A DNA stretch of 37,247 nt. Origin: a virus (lineage: Duplodnaviria > Caudoviricetes). A model generated the notes under the pieces. It did no database searches and was not told where the DNA came from. It saw only the letters and a list, made by a program, of their open reading frames with translations. Below are positions 27,178 through 35,526 of this stretch, piece by piece (position 1 is the stretch's first letter; every line of letters starts with the position of its first letter). The stretch spans positions 1 to 37,247 of IMG/VR virus record IMGVR_UViG_3300048058_000015, one strand, 5' to 3'. The translations under genes were made by a program, and so were the position numbers.

Positions 27178-27530
27178 AAAAGAAAACAATAGCAGTAATA
27201 GCTAAAAACCGTCAAGCGTTTAATCGCTGGTGCGAATCCACTGATTTGAAATCGGACACAAAATATATGTATATATCTAATCCGTCACAAGTTTTAGAAC
27301 GAGAATATGACGAGATTATTCATACAGAAGGATGGTGGCAGAATAAAGAATCCTATAGTGCCGTACAAAACGTTAAATCAAAGCTAAAAGAGTTTCAGAG
27401 AGATTCTGATCTCGATTATATTAAGGGGTTGGAAAAAGTATCAAGACGCTATGAGATAGCTATATACATCTTAGGTGTATTATTTTTTATCACCGCCGCC
27501 TTTTTAATTATATCGATTACAAAAAAATAA
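27174..27530 (+). CDS. Hypothetical protein with C-terminal membrane anchor
   Basis: 118 aa, hydrophobic C-terminus. Confidence 0.6.
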   Translation: MKKKTIAVIAKNRQAFNRWCESTDLKSDTKYMYISNPSQVLEREYDEIIHTEGWWQNKESYSAVQNVKSKLKEFQRDSDLDYIKGLEKVSRRYEIAIYILGVLFFITAAFLIISITKK

Positions 27531-27577
27531 CTAAAAGAGACATGCTAGATATAGCCTCTTAAACAAACAAAGAAATT

Positions 27578-28393
27578 ATGAAAACTATTTACCTAAAAGA
27601 CGAAAACTATAATTGGAAGAAATTCAGTTATGAAAACATTGAAGATTTAAAAGACGATTTATTAAGCCGAAAAATCTCACTAGGATACGGTGTTTCAATA
27701 GCAGACAGCGTTTCAATAGCAGACGGCGTTTCAATAGGAGAAAGCGTTTCAATAGCAGAAAGCGTTTCAATAGAAGGCGATGTTTCAATAGAATACGGCT
27801 CTTCACTAGGAGACTATGTTTCACTAGGAAAAGGCGTTTCACTAGGAAAAGGTGTTTCAATAAGAGACGGCGTTTCAATAAGATACGGCTCTTCACTAGG
27901 AAACGGTGTTTCAATAGGAAAAGGTGTTTCAATAGGATACCTCGTTTCAATAGGATACGGTGTTTCAATAGGAAATTATTCTTCAATAGAAGGCGATGTT
28001 TCAATAGAATACGGCTCTTCACTAGGATACGATGTTTCACTAGGAAAAGGCGTTTCACTAGGAAAAGGTGTTTCACTAGGAAAAGGTGTTTCACTAGGAA
28101 AAGGCGTTTCACTAGGAAAAGGCGTTTCAATAGGAGACGAGGCTTCAATCGGAAACGAAATAAAGCTGGTTACCGGCTTTTACTTAAACGGAACCAAAGA
28201 CACTGTTACTTATGTTGGAAATAACAAGTTATCCATTGGCTGTCATTGTTTAAAAATCTCTAATTGGTTAAAGAATTATGAGAAGATGGGTAGAGAAGGA
28301 GGTTATTCAGAAGATCAAATTCAGGAATATTACGGTTACATAAAACTGGCCGAAAAATTTGTAAAAAACTTAAAAGAAATAAAAACAACCTAA
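27578..28393 (+). CDS. Full-length hexapeptide-repeat (beta-helix-like) protein: shared N-terminus, 26 units, 80-aa C-terminal domain
   Basis: Same leader and N-terminus as C1-C4; repeats end at 28150; C-terminal SIGCH....W...EY domain resembles caps of other phage repeat proteins. Confidence 0.9.
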   Translation: MKTIYLKDENYNWKKFSYENIEDLKDDLLSRKISLGYGVSIADSVSIADGVSIGESVSIAESVSIEGDVSIEYGSSLGDYVSLGKGVSLGKGVSIRDGVSIRYGSSLGNGVSIGKGVSIGYLVSIGYGVSIGNYSSIEGDVSIEYGSSLGYDVSLGKGVSLGKGVSLGKGVSLGKGVSLGKGVSIGDEASIGNEIKLVTGFYLNGTKDTVTYVGNNKLSIGCHCLKISNWLKNYEKMGREGGYSEDQIQEYYGYIKLAEKFVKNLKEIKTT

Positions 28394-28409
28394 AAAAAAG
28401 AGAGCCACT

Positions 28410-29687
28410 ATGCTAATAGTGGCAATCAATAATAACAATACAAAGTATAAAAACATGGGAAATATATTAGAAAAAGAAACCTCATTAATCCGTCTGGAAA
28501 ATATAAGCGTAGAAATGCTTCCGGAATTACAGGGGTGGAAAGAAAAGCAACTTCAGGTAGTTAAAGACAATCCATTTATTAAAATAGTGGACAATAAGAC
28601 TTATGAGGTAGCCAAAAAAAGAAGAACCAATTATGTTACAGCAAGAACTGATGTCGAAAAACAAGACAAATTAATTGCTTCTAAGCTTAAACAAGTTAGA
28701 GGTGTGGCATCCTGTGGCAAACAGGATCTTATTAATGTCACATTGCCAGGTGAAGAAAAACAACAGATCGAAGTTAGAAGGTGGGAGGATGTTAAAAATC
28801 AAGAAAAGGCTGAAAAGCAACGCTTGGAGGAAGAACGAAAAGATAAGATCAAATCCAATATTACTCGAATATTCGATATTTGGACTGACGCCATTAAAAG
28901 CACTTCTTTAGATTCCTTTGATGCAAATATAGCAGACTTTACCGAAAAGGTTTTAAAACGTGACACGGCAGATTTTGAAGAATTTGAATTCGTCTACATT
29001 GAAAAGACGAGGCTTCTTAATAAGAGGTTTCTTGATAAAAAGGCGCAATTGGATTATGCTGAAAAGCAAAGGCTAGAAGATGAGCGATTGAAAAAAGAGC
29101 GGGAAGCTTTCAAAAAACAGCAAGCTGATGCCAGAGAAAAGGAGGCAAAATTACAAGATAGGATTAAAAAAAGAAATAAAGAGTTATTCCCGTATATAAG
29201 CTACATACGTGATTATACAAAAGTTTTAAATCTTGAAGAGAAAGAATATCAAAAAGAGCTTTCTGATTTAAATGTAGTGGCTATGGAGACAATTAGATTT
29301 CAAGAAGAACAAAAGGAAAAACGCCAAAAGGAGCAGGATAAGATCGATGCTGATAATAAGAAAAAAGCTATTGAATTAGCAAAAAAAGAAGCTAAAATTA
29401 AAGAAGCCCAAGACAAGATCGATGCTGAAAAACGCAAAAAGGATGAAGCCGAAAGAGAAGCAAAAGTGCAAGTTGAAATAAAGACCACGGAATTAGAAGC
29501 TAAAAAAAGAGCTGAAGCCCTTAAGCCGGATGTTGAGAAGTTAATGACCATCATCAACGCTATTGGCATCCACGCGGAGGCCCCAGAACTCAAAGACCTT
29601 TCGGCAAAGACTTTTTACACGAATATCCAGCTGGATGTTCAGGGTTTAAGAACTGAATTAAAAAACAAATTACATACAATTAAATAA
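28410..29687 (+). CDS. Long coiled-coil early protein (alternative start 28455)
   Basis: E/K/Q-rich heptads; upstream of the putative ssDNA-binding gene. Confidence 0.7.
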   Translation: MLIVAINNNNTKYKNMGNILEKETSLIRLENISVEMLPELQGWKEKQLQVVKDNPFIKIVDNKTYEVAKKRRTNYVTARTDVEKQDKLIASKLKQVRGVASCGKQDLINVTLPGEEKQQIEVRRWEDVKNQEKAEKQRLEEERKDKIKSNITRIFDIWTDAIKSTSLDSFDANIADFTEKVLKRDTADFEEFEFVYIEKTRLLNKRFLDKKAQLDYAEKQRLEDERLKKEREAFKKQQADAREKEAKLQDRIKKRNKELFPYISYIRDYTKVLNLEEKEYQKELSDLNVVAMETIRFQEEQKEKRQKEQDKIDADNKKKAIELAKKEAKIKEAQDKIDAEKRKKDEAEREAKVQVEIKTTELEAKKRAEALKPDVEKLMTIINAIGIHAEAPELKDLSAKTFYTNIQLDVQGLRTELKNKLHTIK

Positions 29688-29742
29688 TTATAAACTCCTA
29701 AGCGGCTAGGGAAAAGTAGTCGTAAATTTAAAATTTATAATC

Positions 29743-30468
29743 ATGTCAAATAGACGAAACGCCTTTACAAACGAGAATCCAAACCCCGCTGAGTTGTTCA
29801 TTCAGTGGAAATCGGATCACCAAAAATTCTCCTATTGGGACAAAGAAAAGGAGGCTAATATTTTCATTGAATTACCATTCAAGTTTTTAACGCTGGATGT
29901 TCTTCAAACAGTGAAGGGGTACAATCCTAAGAGAAAGAGTGGGATTTACTCCAATGAAGTAAAAAAGATTTCTTCCGAAAAACTAACGGTTAGATATTTT
30001 GATGAAAAAGAACTTATCGCAGAGGGCTTATGGAATGAGATTAAGGACGATGTAGATATGTATAAAGGGCATTACGCTCTAAGTATCTATATTATGTTAG
30101 AGGACGGTAGAATGGCTAATTTAAGCCTTAAAGGGGCCGGAGTGGGCCAATGGTTTGAGTTCACTAAAAAAACCAAACAAAGACTTTACGATGAATGGAT
30201 TTCAGTTAATGGATTCAAGGACGGAAAACAGGGGTCTGTTGAGTTTACTTATCCTGTTTTTGAGTTTAGCGGTTCTTTAGCAGAAGATGATGCGGTAAAT
30301 GCTGATGGGGTTTTTGATACCTTGGAAATGTATTTAAAAAGCTATTTGGCTGCTAATGAGATTTCTCAGGAAAAAACCACTTCAGAAAACACTACTGATT
30401 CAAATGAAGATAATTGGCCCACCATTGGAGAATTATACGGAGATGAACAAGGCTATTCACCCTTTTAA
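29743..30468 (+). CDS. Putative ssDNA-binding/annealing protein
   Basis: Aromatic beta-rich core and acidic tail ending in PF, as in SSBs; function inferred. Confidence 0.5.
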   Translation: MSNRRNAFTNENPNPAELFIQWKSDHQKFSYWDKEKEANIFIELPFKFLTLDVLQTVKGYNPKRKSGIYSNEVKKISSEKLTVRYFDEKELIAEGLWNEIKDDVDMYKGHYALSIYIMLEDGRMANLSLKGAGVGQWFEFTKKTKQRLYDEWISVNGFKDGKQGSVEFTYPVFEFSGSLAEDDAVNADGVFDTLEMYLKSYLAANEISQEKTTSENTTDSNEDNWPTIGELYGDEQGYSPF

Positions 30469-30576
30469 TTATGTCGAAGGATTTGGCAGAACAATATTGC
30501 GAGGAATATTTAAACGCAAGACAGAAAGCCTCATACACCTTTCTGAAAGAGCAACAAGAATCTAAACAAAATAAAG

Positions 30577-31002
30577 ATGATATCGAACATAATAAATGAT
30601 TATTACGAAGGCAAGATAGGGCTGTTAGACGCTCTTATCTCAATGGAAAAGCAGCGATCTCAGATTGATATGGAACTGATGTTGTTAAAGAATTTTAAGC
30701 AAGAAAACAGCAATGACATCAAGCAAAAGGCCGACGAATTTCCGGAGGGTTATAAAGAACATCGTTTTGAAGTTCGGTCAGGAAGAGTTACTTACAATTA
30801 TAAAGGTATTGAAGAATGGGAAACTTATAACAAGGCTAAACAAGATTGTGAGAAGAGATATAAAGCCATGTTAAATGCTAAAATTAATGGTGCTGTTCAT
30901 GCTAATATTTCGGAAGATGGTGAGGAATTGAAGTTGCCTGAGATAAGCTACGGTAAGCCCTCTGTGATTGTTAAGGAAATGATTAAGCCAATTGAAGTTT
31001 AA
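30577..31002 (+). CDS. Hypothetical protein (recombination module)
   Basis: 141 aa ORF. Confidence 0.6.
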   Translation: MISNIINDYYEGKIGLLDALISMEKQRSQIDMELMLLKNFKQENSNDIKQKADEFPEGYKEHRFEVRSGRVTYNYKGIEEWETYNKAKQDCEKRYKAMLNAKINGAVHANISEDGEELKLPEISYGKPSVIVKEMIKPIEV

Positions 31003-31316
31003 TGCAGGAAATTTTAGAAGAAAATTCTTATTTAATAACGCTTTACGAGAGTGGGGCGTGGCAAAGCACAGAGAATTTACGTGTAATGTTAAGGGAGCTT
31101 TCTGCTAACAACTATCATTTATCAAAGTTAAACATAGATTATTTTCAGGCATACAATGCTGTTCAATATAGTCACAAAGGGAGCGTTTCTTCAGGCAAAA
31201 TCTTAGCAGAAGAACAAGTCCCGGAGCTAAGAATAATCCGCAAGATAATGGAAGCAACTGATCAGGTGATCTGGTCCATGAGAAGCGAGATATCAATAAT
31301 TAAAAATGAGCAATAA
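31002..31316 (+). CDS. Hypothetical helical protein
   Basis: 104 aa, TAATG coupling. Confidence 0.6.
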   Translation: MQEILEENSYLITLYESGAWQSTENLRVMLRELSANNYHLSKLNIDYFQAYNAVQYSHKGSVSSGKILAEEQVPELRIIRKIMEATDQVIWSMRSEISIIKNEQ

Positions 31317-31445
31317 ACAAATGGAGCTAATAATTAACCTAAAGCGTGGCACTACTACCGTTAAGTTGGACGGTAAGGAAAAGAAAATAAAAACCGCCTT
31401 TTTAAAGAAATTATATGTTAACGATTTAATTCACTATATGAAGGA

Positions 31446-31664
31446 ATGAAAACACCCATGCAAGAATTGATTAAAGAAGTAAGGGAATTGCAATTAAACG
31501 CAAGACATATCCCGGAAAAAGTAATCGATGAACTTTTAGAAAAAGAAAAGCAAATGGTTATTGAGGCTTATAATGATGGTAAATTTTATGGAAGTGGAAC
31601 AGGAAATATTGAAAAATTAGAAGATACAGGAGAACATTATTACAACGAAACATTTAAGAAATGA
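31446..31664 (+). CDS. Hypothetical protein
   Basis: KTPMQELI...EKEKQMVIEAY...YYNETF pattern recalled from Bacteroidota phages. Confidence 0.65.
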   Translation: MKTPMQELIKEVRELQLNARHIPEKVIDELLEKEKQMVIEAYNDGKFYGSGTGNIEKLEDTGEHYYNETFKK

Positions 31665-31933
31665 GTAAAGCAGAGTTCACAATAGAAAATGCCAAACATA
31701 TTGTAAAGGAAATATTTGGAGAAGAAGAAGCTGAAGACACAGACGTAGTTGACTTCTATCACAGATGTAATAAAATAGCAATGGAGGAATTTGCAGAAGC
31801 CTACCTCCAGAACAGAGTAAAGGCTATCACTGAGGAGGAGATTAAATCTACAATGTGTGGTCGTTGTTTAAGATATACAGCAATAGGAGCAATTAATTGG
31901 TACAAAGAACAACTATTAAACAAAGAATCATGA
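31661..31933 (+). CDS. MSKA-family paralogue 1
   Basis: Shares MSKA start, RVKAI and W[YF]K.QLLN end with the next two ORFs. Confidence 0.7.
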   Translation: MSKAEFTIENAKHIVKEIFGEEEAEDTDVVDFYHRCNKIAMEEFAEAYLQNRVKAITEEEIKSTMCGRCLRYTAIGAINWYKEQLLNKES

Positions 31934-32196
31934 GTAAAGCAGCAAAGGAATTTAGAAAAAAGTTTTTTCAATCAAGATATTATACTAGAAAAAGAATATG
32001 TGAATGTATGGAAGCCTACCACCAGAGCAGGGTTAACGCTATAAGTGAGGAATTAATGATTATAACTAAGGATGAATTTAGAAATAAACTGATGCAAGAA
32101 GAGGAAGTATTAGATTTAGATTTAGTTTCTTACGGTACGGGGTTTAGAAATTGTTACAGATGGTTTAAAAACCAACTATTAAACACAGAACAATGA
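31930..32196 (+). CDS. MSKA-family paralogue 2
   Basis: Start reassigned to ATG 31930 (ATGA overlap, MSKA). Confidence 0.7.
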   Translation: MSKAAKEFRKKFFQSRYYTRKRICECMEAYHQSRVNAISEELMIITKDEFRNKLMQEEEVLDLDLVSYGTGFRNCYRWFKNQLLNTEQ

Positions 32197-32241
32197 GAAA
32201 CGAAACATATAACTTAATAGGGTACAAAAATATTTTTAGAA

Positions 32242-32514
32242 ATGAGTAAAGCAGAGGAAATCTTAACAGTTGAACAAATAGCAAACTTTGCGGTTAATAA
32301 CACCAACCTACCATCGGATAATAGAAGAGTATTAAAAGCAACTTTAATGGGCTTTATAACCGCTAAAATTGAGCAAGAATTTGAGAACAGAGTAAAGGCT
32401 ATAAGTGATGAAAGAATTGATGATAGATTTTATATGGCAAATGTTAAGGAAAAAGAATTAATTGATGCGGCAATAAAATGGTTCAAAAACCAACTATTAA
32501 ACACAGAACAATGA
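32242..32514 (+). CDS. MSKA-family paralogue 3
   Basis: Ends WFKNQLLNTEQ like paralogue 2. Confidence 0.7.
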   Translation: MSKAEEILTVEQIANFAVNNTNLPSDNRRVLKATLMGFITAKIEQEFENRVKAISDERIDDRFYMANVKEKELIDAAIKWFKNQLLNTEQ

Positions 32515-32716
32515 GCTTACATGTTAATGAATGAAGAAGTAATTATAGCACCTAAGATGTACGTTACTAACGAGTACTATGTATTCAGGAGTAGTGGTGA
32601 AGAGATACCCTTTAGTATTGTAGCCGGAATAATAAGAGACCAGAAATTAAAGAGGTTAACAGAGAAGGAAAAACAATTTATTAAAGATAATATTATTTAG
32701 ATTAAAAATAATTTTG

Positions 32717-32825
32717 TATATTTACAGTGTAATTTAGTCAACGCTATTGCATTCGATAGAATAAGACAAAAAGGTTTTACCTAGTAGGCGCGTTGACTTT
32801 AGCCGAACGGTAGAACCTTTTTTGT
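32717..32825 (+). promoter_or_regulatory. Promoter plus leader RNA with terminator/attenuator hairpin
   Basis: Near-consensus TATATTTA (32717-32724); hairpin ACAAAAAGGTTTTACC / GGTAGAACCTTTTTTGT; loop complementary to 32736-32744. Confidence 0.55.
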
Positions 32826-33185
32826 TTGAAAGATCATAGTTAACGTTTTTTCAGAATGGTCTGTTAACTCACAGCTGGAGTAGAGAAGTTAACCGCTCGT
32901 CACAAGCGTTCCAGTAGTGGCTTTTTTTAGAAGTAGTTGGACGAAAAGGGGTGCAATTCCCTGTAACTATAAGCGTGTTGTGTATATGGACGTTAAGGCA
33001 TGGGAATCTTAACCAGGGGGCGCAACTAAAATCAGGCGACCGATTGACTGCGACCGATAGGGAATGTTAATTTGGTCTGACTAACTTCATTTTTTTTATG
33101 GGGTTAGGGGGGCTCCCTTATATCCTGCTCTCTCAAAGGAATAGTTAATTAATATAACACTCACTGTTAAAAAAAAGAACTTTAA

Positions 33186-33464
33186 ATGATAGAACTACCT
33201 TTTAATACGGTTGAATTTACGGAAGCGTGGACTGAGTGGCTGGAATATAAACGGCTTGAATTTAATTTTAAATATAAAAGTCCTCAATCAATGAAAGCAG
33301 CTTTAAAAAAACTTTACGGTCTTTCTAATGGTAATGAAGAAACCGCAATTGCAATCATTCAGGAAAGCATGGCTAATGGATGGAAGGGATTTTTTGAGTT
33401 AAAAGAAGAAAGAAAAATAATATCTTTAGCTGATAAAATGAGAAAAGAATATGGGATCAACTGA
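33186..33464 (+). CDS. Putative replication protein (resembles C-terminal domain of phage replication initiators)
   Basis: W.EW.EYK...LKKL...A..II..SMANGWKG.F pattern. Confidence 0.55.
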   Translation: MIELPFNTVEFTEAWTEWLEYKRLEFNFKYKSPQSMKAALKKLYGLSNGNEETAIAIIQESMANGWKGFFELKEERKIISLADKMRKEYGIN

Positions 33465-34074
33465 ATTAACAGTATTAGACCGAAGATTACCTTTAAAAGC
33501 TTATCCAAAAAAGGACTTGGATAATGTGCTTAAAACACATTTCATGTTCTGGCTTAGTAAACTTTTATCTATGAAACCTGATAAAGAAGAGCAGATAAAG
33601 GATTCATTTCCTGCTATTAAAAAACATTGTTGGTCTATGGGGCTTAGAGAAATGAAGACTATGTTTGAGATGTATGCTGATGGAGAGCTGAAAACACAGC
33701 CTAAGTCCAACCATTTTGATCGGGTTTTAGTAGGTCAGATAGTCAACGATTACAGAAAACATAAGTTCACTAAACCAAAAAGTAAAGACACCGATCAGGA
33801 GAAAGCTCAAAAAGACATGCTTTACGTGATTCAATTGTTTGATTATTTTATTCAGGAGCGCAAGATCCCGAAGGAAAGCGTTTGGGTTTACTCCTATTTG
33901 GAGAGCAAAGGACTGATAGATTATTCTGTTAAGGAAAAGCAAATAGCTTATAAAATATCGTTCGATCAATATAAGGATAAAGACAAAGCAATCAGCGCGT
34001 CAAAAAGGGTTTTGGTAAGGCGGTTTTTTGAGAAAACAGAAGCTAAAGATCAGCATATAAAAGACTTAATCTAA
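33451..34074 (+). CDS. Hypothetical protein, possibly replication accessory
   Basis: 207 aa, overlaps the replication-like gene. Confidence 0.6.
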   Translation: MGSTELTVLDRRLPLKAYPKKDLDNVLKTHFMFWLSKLLSMKPDKEEQIKDSFPAIKKHCWSMGLREMKTMFEMYADGELKTQPKSNHFDRVLVGQIVNDYRKHKFTKPKSKDTDQEKAQKDMLYVIQLFDYFIQERKIPKESVWVYSYLESKGLIDYSVKEKQIAYKISFDQYKDKDKAISASKRVLVRRFFEKTEAKDQHIKDLI

Positions 34075-34187
34075 TGTATCAAGAGAATTTGAAAGTATTA
34101 GAGCTTTTTGCTGGTAGCAGATCAATTGGAAAAGTACTCAAAAGAACTAAAAGAGTAGATAAGGGTGTTATTAAGTCGCATGTATGA
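34074..34187 (+). pseudogene. Remnant of a DNA cytosine methyltransferase (motif I only)
   Basis: 37-aa ORF MYQENLKVLELFAGSRSIGKV..., then unrelated sequence and stop. Confidence 0.6.
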
Positions 34188-34269
34188 AATCCGTAGTCGC
34201 TTCGGTGGCCTGCCTGAAACAGGAGAAACGGGATGTAGCGCACCTAAGAGTAGTACATGCGATAACACC
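34164..34269 (+). ncRNA. Candidate multi-stem structured RNA
   Basis: Outer stems GGTGTTA/TAACACC and TCGCATGTA/TACATGCGA; inner C(TTCG)G and CCTG-AAA-CAGG hairpins; GC-rich against background. Confidence 0.5.
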
Positions 34270-34497
34270 TAAAGCAGTAATAATTGAGATATGAAAACTA
34301 AAATAGTATGCTTTTGTGGTTCTACAAGAAACGAATTGGATTATGCCCAATCCTAAGTGAAAATACAATTTTGAAAGTGAAGATTTGGAATTTGAAATGA
34401 CAATAGAGAAAACCAAAATGACAATTAAAGAATTTGAATCACTTCCTGAATTTGATGGATTCAATTAAACTGTAGTTAAACTAAAATCAATATAAAA

Positions 34498-34692
34498 ATG
34501 GAAATAGACGTAAAAAAAACAAACCCAACCCCTAAAGACAGATGGGAAGCGATTAGAATGATGACTGATGCTCAACAAAAATTAGTTGAAGCGATTTTTA
34601 AAATGGAGAGCTTTATAAATGATGATGAAAAAGAAAATGTTGATTGGCATAGAATGACTATGAACGAATTTGTAAAGCAATTTAAACCGTAG
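34498..34692 (+). CDS. Hypothetical protein
   Basis: 64 aa behind the shared intergenic motif. Confidence 0.55.
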   Translation: MEIDVKKTNPTPKDRWEAIRMMTDAQQKLVEAIFKMESFINDDEKENVDWHRMTMNEFVKQFKP

Positions 34693-34898
34693 TTCTTCTG
34701 AGCTACGCAAAACAAAAAAATATGGAAGCAAGTGAATTTTTAAAACAAACGATATGAAAACAATAACATTAAATTTTAGAAGCTGGTCACACGCTGCAAG
34801 GGGTGGCAAATTAAGAAGGATTTACGATAGGGTTTTAATCAAGGGCTATAAGTGGACACCGTTTGTAATTGTTAGGTGGAAACTTTTATAACATTGTA

Positions 34899-35084
34899 AT
34901 GATAAAATGTCCAATTTGTAAAGGAAGTGGGAAAATTCCGGTTTTTAAGTCACTGTCAATTGAAAAGAGAAGGAGTATTGCTAATAAATTAAAGGAACAA
35001 AATTTATCAATACGAGAAATAATGAAAGTTCTAGGATATAAATCTCCCAGAAGCGTACAACAATTATTAACAAAAAAATTATAA
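34899..35084 (+). CDS. Small CxxCxGxG zinc-finger plus HTH protein
   Basis: MIKCPICKGSGK; LSIREIMKVLGYKSPRSVQ HTH; start reassigned to ATG 34899. Confidence 0.7.
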   Translation: MIKCPICKGSGKIPVFKSLSIEKRRSIANKLKEQNLSIREIMKVLGYKSPRSVQQLLTKKL

Positions 35085-35245
35085 TTATGAAATTAAGAAT
35101 AGCCTGGACAATGACAAAGGAAGCCTTAGAAGCACCAAAATCACTAAAACAGTAGTAATGGAAGATCAAAATTTATATCTGCATAAAGAGGAAAATCCAC
35201 CTCGAGTATATTTTTCACCGGAAAGTCCGAAGTTGAAAAAATGGT

Positions 35246-35524
35246 GTGAGAAACAAATCGAACGATCACGAAAATTGTAGTATGTGTAGAGCAATAAGAA
35301 TACCAAATGGAATTATCTGCCTTGTAGATACAAGTGATGTTGAATGTCCAAAATGTGGGCGACAAATACCTTGGGAAGAAATCGAAGAAAAATGGGTTAA
35401 AGCCAAAAATAATAATGGATTCATCCGTATAAAAGACAAATGCCAACGGTTCATTGGAATAGCAATGAGTATGACGGGTAAGTTTCATGCCTATGATTTA
35501 GAAGATGACCAAAAACTGTTGTAA
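35246..35524 (+). CDS. Cys-rich hypothetical protein
   Basis: Two CxxC motifs. Confidence 0.5.
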   Translation: MRNKSNDHENCSMCRAIRIPNGIICLVDTSDVECPKCGRQIPWEEIEEKWVKAKNNNGFIRIKDKCQRFIGIAMSMTGKFHAYDLEDDQKLL

Positions 35525-35526
35525 TC

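Noticed and set aside
14867-28393. Diversity-generating retroelement or shufflon
   Set aside because: No reverse transcriptase, Avd or invertase recognised; variation is unit-level and not adenine-specific
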